From: Candidatus Binatia bacterium
Lineage (GTDB): Bacteria; Desulfobacterota; Binatia; Bin18
Reading direction: 5' to 3'
DNA: 64,000 nucleotides
NCBI GenBank assembly: GCA_963664395.2
Contig: OY761159.2
Location: 2,272,001 to 2,336,000, forward strand
Of the stretch, positions 9,909 to 19,577 are shown one piece after another (position 1 is the stretch's first letter; each line of letters starts with the position of its first letter). The translations under genes and the position numbers were made by a program. The notes under the pieces were generated by a model. It saw nothing but the letters and a program-made list of their open reading frames with translations, ran no database searches and was not told where the DNA came from.

Positions 9909-10745
9909 TTAGACATCCTGCTGTTTGCGTCGCTCCGTCCGCTGTGCGCCCGGCACGAGCTTGGACACTATTGTTGCGCCTTGCCAGTCGCCCTGAAAGT
10001 CTTCGGCAATGACGGTCACCCGGACCATTTCACTTAAGCCTTGGGGATTCGGGAGGAGATTCGCATCCAACTTCCCGTCCTCAGGCAGCATGGTCTCGAC
10101 ATCCGGCGGGGGAAGCGCACCGGGGTCTTCGGGATAGTTGCCAATAGACACGCGGTAATACGTCTTGTGCTGCTGTTGCACTACGACGGACACCGGGTAG
10201 GCCAGACCGGTCGGAAGTCGGTCCGGAACCTCAAGCGCAATATTCGGTGCATACTCACCAAACCGTCCTTCTCGGTACGTGGCAAGGCGTTTGTCGGTGT
10301 AGATCTGCCACTGCCCTGCGTGCTTCCGCAACAGATGAGAGAGGATATCGGTAATGACCACCTCTCCCTCTCCAATATTGCGGAAACGGTCGGTATAGCG
10401 CAGGCGCATATAGGTCGTAATTTCTGCTCGCGTGTCGCCCGCGTCTGTCACATCGACCTTATCAACGCTCAGCGACACATTGCTCTTCCGCAGCCGCGTC
10501 AGCACCTCCCCCACGCCTTGCTTTGACCGTCCGGTGCCACTGATGAAATCATCCGCATAGACGGCCAGCACCTGCTCCGGGTCAAAAGCTTCCAGCCCTT
10601 GAGAGAGCTGCTCAAGGGTCTGCCGGAGATCCTTTGGAACTGATTGGGCAGCCGACTGGAAGAATGCTGAGTCAGATACGCCGTTCGGGCGTTCACATGC
10701 TGTCCCCACGCACAGAGCAAGGAGCACCAGGGAGAGACGGTTCAT
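9909..10745 (-). CDS. Putative lipoprotein with an NTF2-like N-terminal domain
   Basis: Signal peptide ending VGTA-C17; VLAVYADDF...AGQWQI pattern. Confidence 0.65.
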   Translation of the reverse strand: MNRLSLVLLALCVGTACERPNGVSDSAFFQSAAQSVPKDLRQTLEQLSQGLEAFDPEQVLAVYADDFISGTGRSKQGVGEVLTRLRKSNVSLSVDKVDVTDAGDTRAEITTYMRLRYTDRFRNIGEGEVVITDILSHLLRKHAGQWQIYTDKRLATYREGRFGEYAPNIALEVPDRLPTGLAYPVSVVVQQQHKTYYRVSIGNYPEDPGALPPPDVETMLPEDGKLDANLLPNPQGLSEMVRVTVIAEDFQGDWQGATIVSKLVPGAQRTERRKQQDV

Positions 10746-10817
10746 ACTTGAGGCTGTACAGAAAAGTACGCCTCTCTACAAGCCAGGGAGCGAGGTTGGC
10801 CCAAAAATCGGAACAAA

Positions 10818-11834
10818 TCAAAACAAGTCGGGCTCTGCCTGTAACGGCTGGAGATCTGGCCGGCAGACGCCACACGGCGCGTAGCCAATTTCTTCTGCTC
10901 GTGTACGCGAGGCGATGAATACACGACTCCCCGCTCGAATGCCCTTTGAAGTTTCACAGCCCGGTCGGCAAAATATATGATCCGGCTGCCGACCGACATA
11001 GAGCCGATTCCGGGCAATGGCGAAGCCTGATTTTGATTGAACAGTCGGTATGCCTTCAACCGCAAGAATATCCCGCTTGAGCGCGATTTTATTGCCGGCA
11101 TAACCCGTAAGACTGCCATTACTGCCAATCACGCGGTGACAGGGAATCTGAATCGGCACCGGATTGTAACGCAGGGCCTGCGCAACCGCGCGGACGGCTT
11201 TGGGCTGACTGATTCTTTCGGCAAGACCCAAATACGTCGTGAGGGTGCCATAGGGAATCTCACTCGCCGCCTGTAAGACTTGGCGCTGAAAATCACTGCG
11301 CATGAGGACATCATCGATTACCCAATCAAGCGCCTGTCGCGAGCCGTTCAAGTACGCTTCGAGCTTTTGGGTCAGAGAAGCAGTATGACCCATATTTCCT
11401 TCGGGCTGCTCAATGGAAAATTGAGCAAATTTTTCTCCGAGTCTCCGTGCTCCATCTCCGGGGTCATCGGGAGAAACGAATTCAACCAGAGCCACCCCCT
11501 TACCCGTTGTGCCGATCCGCACCGGACCAAGAGGAGAGTGCCAGATGCTCAGGACGAGGCGCGGACGAGCGCGCTCAGTCAACTGGGCCAACTCGGCCAA
11601 CTCGGTATCGAGTGCGTGTCGAGCGGAGGCGAGTCCAGTCTCAGAGGCGGGCAAAGAGCCAAGCTGAAAGCGGACCTGTCTGTACTGTTCCAGGCGCTGA
11701 GCGCAGTCAGGACAGTCGGTCAGGTGACTGCGGACTTTCTGCTGTATCAGCTGTGAATTTTCTCCGAGCGCTTCGGCGATAATGTCGTCTTCAGCAAATC
11801 CACACGAGAGAGGGTTACGTTTTTGGGTTGGCAT
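10818..11834 (-). CDS. Fusion: zinc anti-sigma (zf-HC2/ZAS) + methylated-DNA-[protein]-cysteine S-methyltransferase + Ada-type Zn-binding domain
   Basis: C11...H37LTDC41PDC44; SPLG, IPYG..TY, RAVAQAL..NP...IPCHRVIGSNGSLTGYAG; C-terminal IFCRPGC...AEEIGYAPCGVCRP. Confidence 0.88.
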   Translation of the reverse strand: MPTQKRNPLSCGFAEDDIIAEALGENSQLIQQKVRSHLTDCPDCAQRLEQYRQVRFQLGSLPASETGLASARHALDTELAELAQLTERARPRLVLSIWHSPLGPVRIGTTGKGVALVEFVSPDDPGDGARRLGEKFAQFSIEQPEGNMGHTASLTQKLEAYLNGSRQALDWVIDDVLMRSDFQRQVLQAASEIPYGTLTTYLGLAERISQPKAVRAVAQALRYNPVPIQIPCHRVIGSNGSLTGYAGNKIALKRDILAVEGIPTVQSKSGFAIARNRLYVGRQPDHIFCRPGCETSKGIRAGSRVFIASRTRAEEIGYAPCGVCRPDLQPLQAEPDLF

Positions 11835-12387
11835 GGCATCTCCTTTCTTCTTCTGTCGTGACCCGTTGCCAGTACGCCCGCAGCTTCTTCAGGGCTTGAT
11901 ACACATGCGCCCGGGCGCTGTCTTCGGAGCAGTCCAGGTTTTCGGCAATCTCCCGATAGGCGAGTCCTTCAAGCTGCCGCTGTATCACTGCCGTGCGCTG
12001 CCGGAAGGGTAAAGCCCGCAGCGCGTTCAGGAGCACCTGGGCTGTCTCCTGCGAGTGAAACGTCTGTTCCGGCGTTGTCGGATGAACTTTTTGAGAAGGG
12101 CTGGACTCGTCCGCGACAAATACTTTTCTATAACGTTGCCGGCCGCGGATATAATTTTTTACGAGATTTGTTGCAATTCGGAAAAGCCAGGCTCGGTGGT
12201 TCGCATCAGCTGGAAGGTCGGCATAGGCACGGTAGGCTCGCAGAAAGGTGTCCTGGAATAACTCCTGCGCGTCGTCGCCATTGCCCGTACAGCGGACGAG
12301 ATAGCGATAGACGGAGCGCTGATGGAGATCGACGATCTCTCCAAATGCGCTCGCCGTGTTACTGAGTTTTTCTGTAGCAGGTGCCAT
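11815..12387 (-). CDS. ECF-type RNA polymerase sigma-70 factor
   Basis: Region 2 DDAQELFQDTFLRAY...AWLFRIATN; region 4 LRALPFRQR...GLAYREIAENLDCSEDSARAHVYQALKKLR; overlaps the next gene by 20 nt. Confidence 0.93.
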   Translation of the reverse strand: MAPATEKLSNTASAFGEIVDLHQRSVYRYLVRCTGNGDDAQELFQDTFLRAYRAYADLPADANHRAWLFRIATNLVKNYIRGRQRYRKVFVADESSPSQKVHPTTPEQTFHSQETAQVLLNALRALPFRQRTAVIQRQLEGLAYREIAENLDCSEDSARAHVYQALKKLRAYWQRVTTEEERRCHANPKT

Positions 12388-12626
12388 TCCAATTACGTAC
12401 TTTCGCCTGAAGCAGTCATACCCAGAACCCTGCTGGTAGGGGAGCGAGAATCCCCAGAAAGCAAGTCAGTAAAAACCACGAAATGAGCAATGAGCGATAC
12501 GCATACATAAAACACACCCTCCGTCTCGTTTATTTCTCTTACGTTCTCTATATAAGACACTGGAGGGTGCGCTGTGTGAAAAAAATTATTGCCCGACAGC
12601 AGTCCGGCCCGTATAGTCCATATGTT

Positions 12627-13355
12627 ATGCAGAGCATCGCCACAACGATCGTTGCCCTCCTCGTTCTTGGCGCTCTTGCGAGCACCCTGACCGCGCCGTC
12701 TCCCGCCGGCCGGACGAATTTTTTTCCGCTTGCCCTGCGTAACACCTGGACGCATGAAGTAAAATTCTCCGGGGGAGATTATCACTATTATATGACGGAG
12801 ACGGTGATCCGGGATGATTTTCCGCTGCTTGAAGGCGCGTCATATATTGTTGCCGAGGAGTATGAGCCTTTAACCGACAGAGCGCCTGAGGCGAAAAGCA
12901 CGGTCGCCTACCTGCGCAAAGACGGCTTTCTCCTCCGCTACCCCTGGCTTGACTCCGAGCATGACAAAGTCTGGGATACAAATCTTGGTGAAGGCATAGA
13001 GCGCATCCTGCCCAGCCCCTATACCGGAGAGCGGAGTTGGGAGGCCGGGCTCCGGACCAAGGCCTGGCCGCTTGAGGGCGGTCAGCAGGTGACTGCCTCG
13101 GCCCACGCGCGGATCGATCCTGTAGCGGTTCAGGTTCCAGCCGGAACGTTCCACAACTGTCTGCGAGTGGAAACCAGGACAACGAGCAGAGTAGCCGACC
13201 CAAGACTCGAGACCACAGAATTCCGCCTCCACTACACCGAGTGGTATGCCCGGGGGGTGGGCTTGGTCAAAGCCATTAGCAGCGAAGGCGAAGGAACGCC
13301 GGTCAAGAGCGTCACCGAGCTGGTATCGTATCGGGTCTACGCGCCGTCGGACTAA
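12627..13355 (+). CDS. Exported hypothetical protein, DUF3108-like C-terminal pattern
   Basis: Signal peptide from ATG 12627; FFPLALRNTWT, VQVPAGTFHNCLRV, TEWYARGVGLVK. Confidence 0.7.
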   Translation: MQSIATTIVALLVLGALASTLTAPSPAGRTNFFPLALRNTWTHEVKFSGGDYHYYMTETVIRDDFPLLEGASYIVAEEYEPLTDRAPEAKSTVAYLRKDGFLLRYPWLDSEHDKVWDTNLGEGIERILPSPYTGERSWEAGLRTKAWPLEGGQQVTASAHARIDPVAVQVPAGTFHNCLRVETRTTSRVADPRLETTEFRLHYTEWYARGVGLVKAISSEGEGTPVKSVTELVSYRVYAPSD

Positions 13356-13455
13356 CGTATGACCTGCGCATATCACGGCGCAATTCCTATCCATCGCCAC
13401 CTTGCGCTTGACTTCCCACTCCGGTTTGCTAGGCAGCAGGGAGAGGGAGGACAGG

Positions 13456-14331
13456 ATGTATCCCAAAGCTATCGAACAGTATTTTGCGCCGACTGATGTT
13501 GCAGAGGTGCTGACGCTCCTCCAACAATATGGGGAGCAGGCAAAACTCCTGGCCGGTGGCCAGAGTCTGATGCCGTTGATGAAACTGCGTCTGGCCGAGC
13601 CACAGACCATTATTGATCTGAACCAAGTGGCGGCGCTTGACGATATCCGTGAGGAGAACGGTCGCTTGCACATCGGCGCGCTCGCCCGTCATGCTGACGT
13701 GGCTACCCATCCGCTCATTCTGCAATCCTATCCGCTCTTGGCGTACGCCGCTCAGAGTATCGGCGATCCGCAAATCCGAAACCGGGGGACGATCGCCGGA
13801 AGTCTTGTCCATGCCGATCCCTCAGCCGATTATCCCCCGGCTGTGATAGCCCTGGATGGCCAGTTGGTAGTAGCTAAGGCTGACGGGAGCACCCGAACGG
13901 TTGCCGCGGAGGATTTTCTGGCCGGCCCGCTGATGAGCGATATTGGCGCAGATGAATTGGTCACGCGGATTGAAATTCCAGCGCCGGCCGCTCGCTCAGG
14001 TGGTGTATACGCAAAGCACAGCCAAGTCGCGGGCGACTTTGCCATTATCAGTGTGGCGGCCCACATCACGCTCGACCCGAGCGGGATATGCCAGCGGGCA
14101 ACCATCATTGTCGGCGGCGTGATGCCCAAGCCGTGCCGAGCCGGGCAGGCTGCTGGTCTACTGACAGGAAAGGCCATTGACGCTGCGCTCCTGACCCAGG
14201 TCGGAGAAGCCGCGGCCGAGGAAGTGGAAACCGAAGATGACGTGAGAGCATCGGCAGCCTACCGCAGCCAGCTTATTCGCGTCTCAGTGCCAGACATAGT
14301 TCGCCGGGCCAGCGCCCGAGCAGAAGCGTAA
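13456..14331 (+). CDS. Xanthine dehydrogenase family FAD-binding subunit (CoxM/CutM-like)
   Basis: AKLLAGGQSLMPLMKLRLA, IGDPQIRNRGTIAGSLVHADPSAD; GGAGG RBS. Confidence 0.92.
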   Translation: MYPKAIEQYFAPTDVAEVLTLLQQYGEQAKLLAGGQSLMPLMKLRLAEPQTIIDLNQVAALDDIREENGRLHIGALARHADVATHPLILQSYPLLAYAAQSIGDPQIRNRGTIAGSLVHADPSADYPPAVIALDGQLVVAKADGSTRTVAAEDFLAGPLMSDIGADELVTRIEIPAPAARSGGVYAKHSQVAGDFAIISVAAHITLDPSGICQRATIIVGGVMPKPCRAGQAAGLLTGKAIDAALLTQVGEAAAEEVETEDDVRASAAYRSQLIRVSVPDIVRRASARAEA

Positions 14332-14366
14332 ACCCACCCGCCATATCAGAGTGAGGAGAGGGCCGC

Positions 14367-14873
14367 ATGAAACAAAGCATAGGCATAACGATTAACGGCG
14401 AAGTCTACGAGGAGGCGGTTGACCTGCGCCTCTTGCTGGTGGACTTCATTCGTGAGGTGGCGGGACTGACGGGCACGCATGTCGGTTGCTCGGTTGAAGG
14501 GCGCTGCGGGGCGTGTACGGTTATTCTGAATGGTAAGGCCGTCAAGTCGTGCCTGCTGTTAGCCGTTCAGGCCGATGGGGCCAGGGTGCTGACCGTTGAG
14601 GGCCTGGCGAGAGATGACGCGCTCCATCCCATTCAAGACGGCTTCTGGGAAAAGCACGGCTTGCAGTGCGGGTTTTGCACGCCCGGTTTGCTGATGGCCT
14701 TGTACGAATTTCTTCAGCACCCCAAGCACTCGGATGAAGAAATCCGCACCGCCATGTCGGGGGTTATCTGCCGCTGTACGGGCTATGTTCATATCGTTGA
14801 GGCGGTCAAGCACGCCATCACAACGGTCGAGGCGCTGTCGCCACAAGAGCGCAAAGAATGGTTTCCGGAATGA
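14367..14873 (+). CDS. Xanthine dehydrogenase family 2x[2Fe-2S] subunit (CoxS/CutS-like)
   Basis: GTHVGCSVEGRCGACTV...KSC and QCGFCTPG...CRCTGY. Confidence 0.93.
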   Translation: MKQSIGITINGEVYEEAVDLRLLLVDFIREVAGLTGTHVGCSVEGRCGACTVILNGKAVKSCLLLAVQADGARVLTVEGLARDDALHPIQDGFWEKHGLQCGFCTPGLLMALYEFLQHPKHSDEEIRTAMSGVICRCTGYVHIVEAVKHAITTVEALSPQERKEWFPE

Positions 14874-14945
14874 GTAAACGCGCCCTCCGACAGACATGCA
14901 GATGTTGGCACGTTTACTCATCTATAGCGAACAAAGGAGCGCGTC

Positions 14946-17312
14946 ATGGCTACCGCGAATGTTTGGGTCGGCCGATCCATTAAACGCAAAGAAGATCGCC
15001 GTTTATTAGTTGGGGACGGGCAGTATCTGCCGGACCTCGTCCTGCCACGTATGGTGATAATGGGCCTGGTGCGCAGCATCTACGCCCACGCAAAAATTAC
15101 GTCCATAGACACCGCTCAGGCGACTGCCCTGCCCGGCGTGCGGACCGTTCTTACCGGCGCAGATGTCAAACACCTTGGGCCGGTGCTGTCAGATATGAGT
15201 ACGCCGAATCTGCCCGGCGAGACCAAACGGCCGATCTTCTGGCCGTTATCGATTGACGAGGTGAAATACGTCGGCGACCCGCTGGCCGTTGTGGTCGCCC
15301 GCGATAAATACACCCTCGAAGACGCGCTTGAGCTGGTAGACGTTGAGTACGATCCGCTCGATATCGTGCTCGATCCCGAGTACGCTCTCCAACCCGACGC
15401 GCCGCGCCTCTATCCCGACTGGGGCGATAATATACTCTACCATCAGCACATTCCCGCCGGTGATCCCGACGCGGCCTTTGCCCAGGCGGACCTGGTCGTC
15501 AAGGAACGCTTTCGTTGCCACCGCACAGGGGGACAGCCCATGGAAACCCGTGGCTGTCTGGCAACGTATAACCCAGGCGAGGGTATGACGTTGTGGCTGA
15601 CCACCCAGCGCCCGCATATTAAACGCCACCTGCTGGCCGAATACCTCAACATTCCACACAGCCAGATGCGGGTGATTATGCCCAAAGACATGGGCGGCGC
15701 GTTTGGGACCAAGGCGCCACTTTATCGGGAAGAACTCCTGGCCTGTCACTTGGCCATGAAACTGCGCCGTCCGGTGAAATGGGTCGAGAACCGTCAAGAA
15801 AGTTTGATGAATGTGGGCCAGGGCCGGGATCAGATTCATGAGATCGAACTGGCCGTGAAGAAGGACGGCACCATTCTGGGCTTACGAGATAAGATTCTGG
15901 CCGATTGCGGCGACGCCCGAACTGCTATTTACGTCGGTTTTGCCATGCCCTTTTTGGGTGCGATGTACCTCATCAACGGTTACGACATTCCCAACGTGGA
16001 TATCGATCTCACCTGTGTGGTGACCAATAAAGCCTGCCTCACGCCGAGTCGGGCGTTCGGTTCGTTTGCCGGACGCTTCGCGCTCGACCGGGCGGTTGAA
16101 CTGGCGGCCCGCGCTCTGGAGATGGACCCGGTTGAGATTCGTCTCAAAAATGCCATCAAGACCTTCCCGCACGTTTCAGCGGTTGGCGTCAACGTAGACT
16201 CGGGGGACTTTCCCGGCTCGTTTGCCAAGGCGTGCGCCGCGCTGGATTACGACAATTTTCGGAAAGAACAGGCCGAGGCGTGGCAAAACGGACGCTATCT
16301 TGGCGTCGGCTTCAGCATGGGGGTGGAAATTTCCGGTGTGCCCTCAGAGGTGCTGGTACCCATGGAACGCCAGCCCGGCTTTGGCGTGGCCGTGGTCCAG
16401 TTCGACGCGCACGGCAAAGTTCAGGTGGCCGAGGGCGACTCGCCGCACGGCCAGGGGCATGAGACGACGATCGCTCAGGTCGTCGCCGGCGAACTCGGCC
16501 TGTCACCCGAGGATATTTACGTCACCTATGGTGACACCCACTCCGGCCCCTTTGCCGCAGGCACCATTGGTTCACGCGGCGCTTCCTATACGCTCAGCGC
16601 CGCGGTGCTGGCCGCGCGCGCCCTGCGGCCCAAGATGGCCAATATTGCCGCCCACCTGCTACATGTCGAGGCCGGCGAGGACGACTTCATCTTCCGTGAC
16701 GGATACGTCATTTTGGCCAAAGACGAGAGCCGGCGCGTGCCGACTGCCAAGATTGCCGAGGTGGCGCTGCTCTCTCCGACCGAACTGCCGCCCGGTATGG
16801 AGGCCGGCCTTGAGCACACCTCCCATTTTGAGGCCGAGACCGCGGGCATGCATAGCTGTAACGTCCATGCAGCCCAGGTCGAGGTGTTTCCCGACACGGG
16901 TGAGTATAAAATCGTACGCTATGTTGCGGTGGATGACGCCGGGCAGCCGATTAATCCCATGGTGGTTCGGGGCCAAATCCACGGTGGGGTGGCTATGGGG
17001 ATAGGCAATGCGTGTATGGAAGAGTTCATCTACGATGAAAACGGTCAGCAGCTCACCACTACGCTGATGGACTACCACATCCCCTCCTCCCTCGATCTCC
17101 CGCATATCGAAACCATCGAACACAACGTCCCCTCGCCGCACACCCCGCTAGGCTCAAAGGGGAAAGGCGAGGGCACACCCGGCATGGTACCGGCCGCGGT
17201 GGCGAATGCGCTTGAGGACGCCTTGCAACCTTTTGGCGTCAAAATCACGGAACTGCCGCTCACGCCGGAGCGGATTTGGAAGTTGATTCAGGCGGCGCAG
17301 TCAAAAAAATAA
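14946..17312 (+). CDS. Xanthine dehydrogenase family molybdopterin-binding large subunit (not a canonical CO dehydrogenase)
   Basis: RKEDRRLLVG, METRGCLA, MGGAFGTK, HGQGHET, INPMVVRGQIHGG, SKGKGEG; active-site loop reads TPSRAFGSF. Confidence 0.92.
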   Translation: MATANVWVGRSIKRKEDRRLLVGDGQYLPDLVLPRMVIMGLVRSIYAHAKITSIDTAQATALPGVRTVLTGADVKHLGPVLSDMSTPNLPGETKRPIFWPLSIDEVKYVGDPLAVVVARDKYTLEDALELVDVEYDPLDIVLDPEYALQPDAPRLYPDWGDNILYHQHIPAGDPDAAFAQADLVVKERFRCHRTGGQPMETRGCLATYNPGEGMTLWLTTQRPHIKRHLLAEYLNIPHSQMRVIMPKDMGGAFGTKAPLYREELLACHLAMKLRRPVKWVENRQESLMNVGQGRDQIHEIELAVKKDGTILGLRDKILADCGDARTAIYVGFAMPFLGAMYLINGYDIPNVDIDLTCVVTNKACLTPSRAFGSFAGRFALDRAVELAARALEMDPVEIRLKNAIKTFPHVSAVGVNVDSGDFPGSFAKACAALDYDNFRKEQAEAWQNGRYLGVGFSMGVEISGVPSEVLVPMERQPGFGVAVVQFDAHGKVQVAEGDSPHGQGHETTIAQVVAGELGLSPEDIYVTYGDTHSGPFAAGTIGSRGASYTLSAAVLAARALRPKMANIAAHLLHVEAGEDDFIFRDGYVILAKDESRRVPTAKIAEVALLSPTELPPGMEAGLEHTSHFEAETAGMHSCNVHAAQVEVFPDTGEYKIVRYVAVDDAGQPINPMVVRGQIHGGVAMGIGNACMEEFIYDENGQQLTTTLMDYHIPSSLDLPHIETIEHNVPSPHTPLGSKGKGEGTPGMVPAAVANALEDALQPFGVKITELPLTPERIWKLIQAAQSKK

Positions 17313-17396
17313 AGGGTAGGAAGACTTCGTCGTTGCTCCTCGGGAAAACAAGGAGTCTCAGACGCAGGTCGTTCAGTGGACGAAGGAGGGATCAGT

Positions 17397-18161
17397 ATGG
17401 CATCGCTGACTGAAAGAGTGGCCATCGTGACCGGGGCGGCGCGGGGGATCGGCCAGGAATACTGCTGTGCCTTTGCACGAGAAGGCGCGCGGGTGGTCGC
17501 GGCCGACGTTCTGTCGTGTGAGGAGACCGTCACCAAAGTCCAGGACTCGGGGGGAGAGGTGGTGGCAGTGACCACTGATGTCACGAGCGCCCAGAGCACC
17601 GCAGCCCTGGCCGCTGAGACGCTCGAGCGTTTTGGCCGGATCGATATCCTGGTCAATAATGCGGCCCTGTATGGGGGGATGTGGGTCGGCCCGTTCGATC
17701 AGATCTCGGAAGCCGACTGGGATCGGATGATGGAGGTAAATGTCAAAGGCATCTGGCTGTGCTGTAAGGCGGTCGTGCCGACGATGAAGGAACAGGGCAA
17801 AGGCAAAATCGTTAATGTGTCGTCGAGTACGATCTGGGCCGGTGATCCGTTTGCGCTGCATTACGTCGCCTCAAAGGGGGCGGTGTTTTCCCTCACCCGT
17901 GCGCTGGCCAGAGAGCTGGCCGGGACGGGGATTAATGTGAACGCCATCACCCCCGGCCACACCATGACCGAAGCGAGCAAGACGATACTCGACCCCGAAA
18001 CCTTCGAGCGCTTCCGGCGGCAATCGGTCAAGCGGCAGATTATCAAGCGGAACGAAGAGCCGGCCGACGTGGCGGGTACAGTCCTCTTTTTGGCGTCGGA
18101 TGCGAGCGACTTTATGAGTGGGCAAACGCTCAATATCGACGGTGGACGGGTCCATTACTAA
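17397..18161 (+). CDS. SDR family oxidoreductase
   Basis: TGAARGIG, LVNNA, YVASKG. Confidence 0.92.
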   Translation: MASLTERVAIVTGAARGIGQEYCCAFAREGARVVAADVLSCEETVTKVQDSGGEVVAVTTDVTSAQSTAALAAETLERFGRIDILVNNAALYGGMWVGPFDQISEADWDRMMEVNVKGIWLCCKAVVPTMKEQGKGKIVNVSSSTIWAGDPFALHYVASKGAVFSLTRALARELAGTGINVNAITPGHTMTEASKTILDPETFERFRRQSVKRQIIKRNEEPADVAGTVLFLASDASDFMSGQTLNIDGGRVHY

Positions 18162-18217
18162 TTGACGGGGCAGCGTGCACCATCCAACGTGGAGGACCTC
18201 CCTTTTTTTCTTCTACG

Positions 18218-18778
18218 TTACATCTTTACCTGCACCGTCACCCCGGTCCGAGCGACCACATTCTTTTTATCAAGGTCCGGCCCGTGCGCCTCACCGTCAA
18301 CGACATTGTCAGGCATGAGATTTTGCGTGGTCTCTCGGCGCAGAATGACGACCACGTTTGACCGATCGACCAGGGCAAACGGAAATTCATGCCAGGTCCC
18401 GACCTTCATCGTAAAGCCAGACGAACCGTCGAACAGGAGCGCCCGGACCTGTTCGAGGTCCGGCATATCGTCCTCACTCGGTGGTGCGAGGACAACGACG
18501 AAGGGTTTCCCCTCAAGCGGAATGAAGGTCTGGGTATGCTTGAAATGGCGCTCCATCCACTGGACCCGCATCTCGCGGCGGTCAACGCTGGCCAGGGTGA
18601 GCATGGTCTCTTCATCCGACTCAAAGGTCACCGGAGCGTACACGCTGACCTTGCCGTCATAGAAGGCGACCGGCAGCGGCTTGGCCTGCTCATGGATACC
18701 GAGTAGTTGTCCGAATGGGGCCACTGTCTCAGGGGTGGCTTGTTCTACGGGAATGTCACGAATCGTTGGAGTTGTCAT
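18218..18778 (-). CDS. Ureidoglycolate lyase family (AllA-like cupin)
   Basis: ATPETVAPFG, MERHFKHTQTFIPL, GTWH; start moved to ATG 18778 after AAGGAG. Confidence 0.8.
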   Translation of the reverse strand: MTTPTIRDIPVEQATPETVAPFGQLLGIHEQAKPLPVAFYDGKVSVYAPVTFESDEETMLTLASVDRREMRVQWMERHFKHTQTFIPLEGKPFVVVLAPPSEDDMPDLEQVRALLFDGSSGFTMKVGTWHEFPFALVDRSNVVVILRRETTQNLMPDNVVDGEAHGPDLDKKNVVARTGVTVQVKM

Positions 18779-18905
18779 ATGAAACTCTCCTTTGTGGGAG
18801 ATTGTGCCAAGCCCAAGCCCATTCGACAACCGGATGCGTTCTAGTTCTACCCGAAGGGAATCGATATGCTCTGCGAAGCCCAAAGAAAAAGAAATGAGGG
18901 ATATC

Positions 18906-19577
18906 ATGGCCGAGACCGATCTGTTTGACATTATGTATTCCTGTCGGAGCATGCGCCGACTCAAGACCGATCCGGTTCCGTTAAAGCTGATTCACAAAGT
19001 TATTGAGGCAGGAACCCAGGGACCGAGTGGGGGTGGGGTCCAGGCCTGGCGCTTTGTGGTGGTCACCGAACAGCAGGTGAAGGAGCAGATTGCCGAGATC
19101 TATCTGCGCGGCTGGCGCGCTGCGGAAACCAACTATGCCAAAGCTGGACTCACTCTGGAAAATAGTACAAACGTTCGTGCCGCCGCCTATCTGGCCGAAC
19201 ACTTGGCTGAGGCTCCGGTCCTGCTTATCCCCTGTCTCCGCTCGCGCAAGAGTCATGCAGCCCGTCTCAAAGGACCGAACAGAGAAACCTTTCTGCGGAT
19301 TTTGGGCGGGAGCATCTATCCTGCAATACAGAATATGCTACTGGCGTGCCGAGCCCTCGGTCTCGGTGCCTCGCTGACAACGATTACGACTCTGTATGAG
19401 GACGAGATGCGGAACATTCTTGAACTCCCGGACTTTCTGACCACGTACGCGCTGATTCCGATTGGATATCCCAAAGGCAAATTCGGGCCGGTGACAAGAC
19501 GGCCGGTTGAAGAGGTGACCTGGTTGAATCGATATGGCGAGGCGTTTCCAGGGCTGGGGGATACGGAACGCGTGTAG
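18906..19577 (+). CDS. Nitroreductase family protein
   Basis: RSMRRLKTDPVP, GPSGGGVQAWRFVVV, IQNMLLACRALGLGA, IPIGYP. Confidence 0.9.
   Translation: MAETDLFDIMYSCRSMRRLKTDPVPLKLIHKVIEAGTQGPSGGGVQAWRFVVVTEQQVKEQIAEIYLRGWRAAETNYAKAGLTLENSTNVRAAAYLAEHLAEAPVLLIPCLRSRKSHAARLKGPNRETFLRILGGSIYPAIQNMLLACRALGLGASLTTITTLYEDEMRNILELPDFLTTYALIPIGYPKGKFGPVTRRPVEEVTWLNRYGEAFPGLGDTERV

Noticed and set aside
12388-12626. Autoregulatory ECF promoter in the divergent gap
   Set aside because: AAC- and CGT-like words occur, but I could not fix a convincing -35/-10 pair without homologous promoters
14946-17312. Aerobic CO dehydrogenase (coxMSL)
   Set aside because: Lacks both AYxCSFR and AYxGAGR; no coxDEFG accessory genes adjacent
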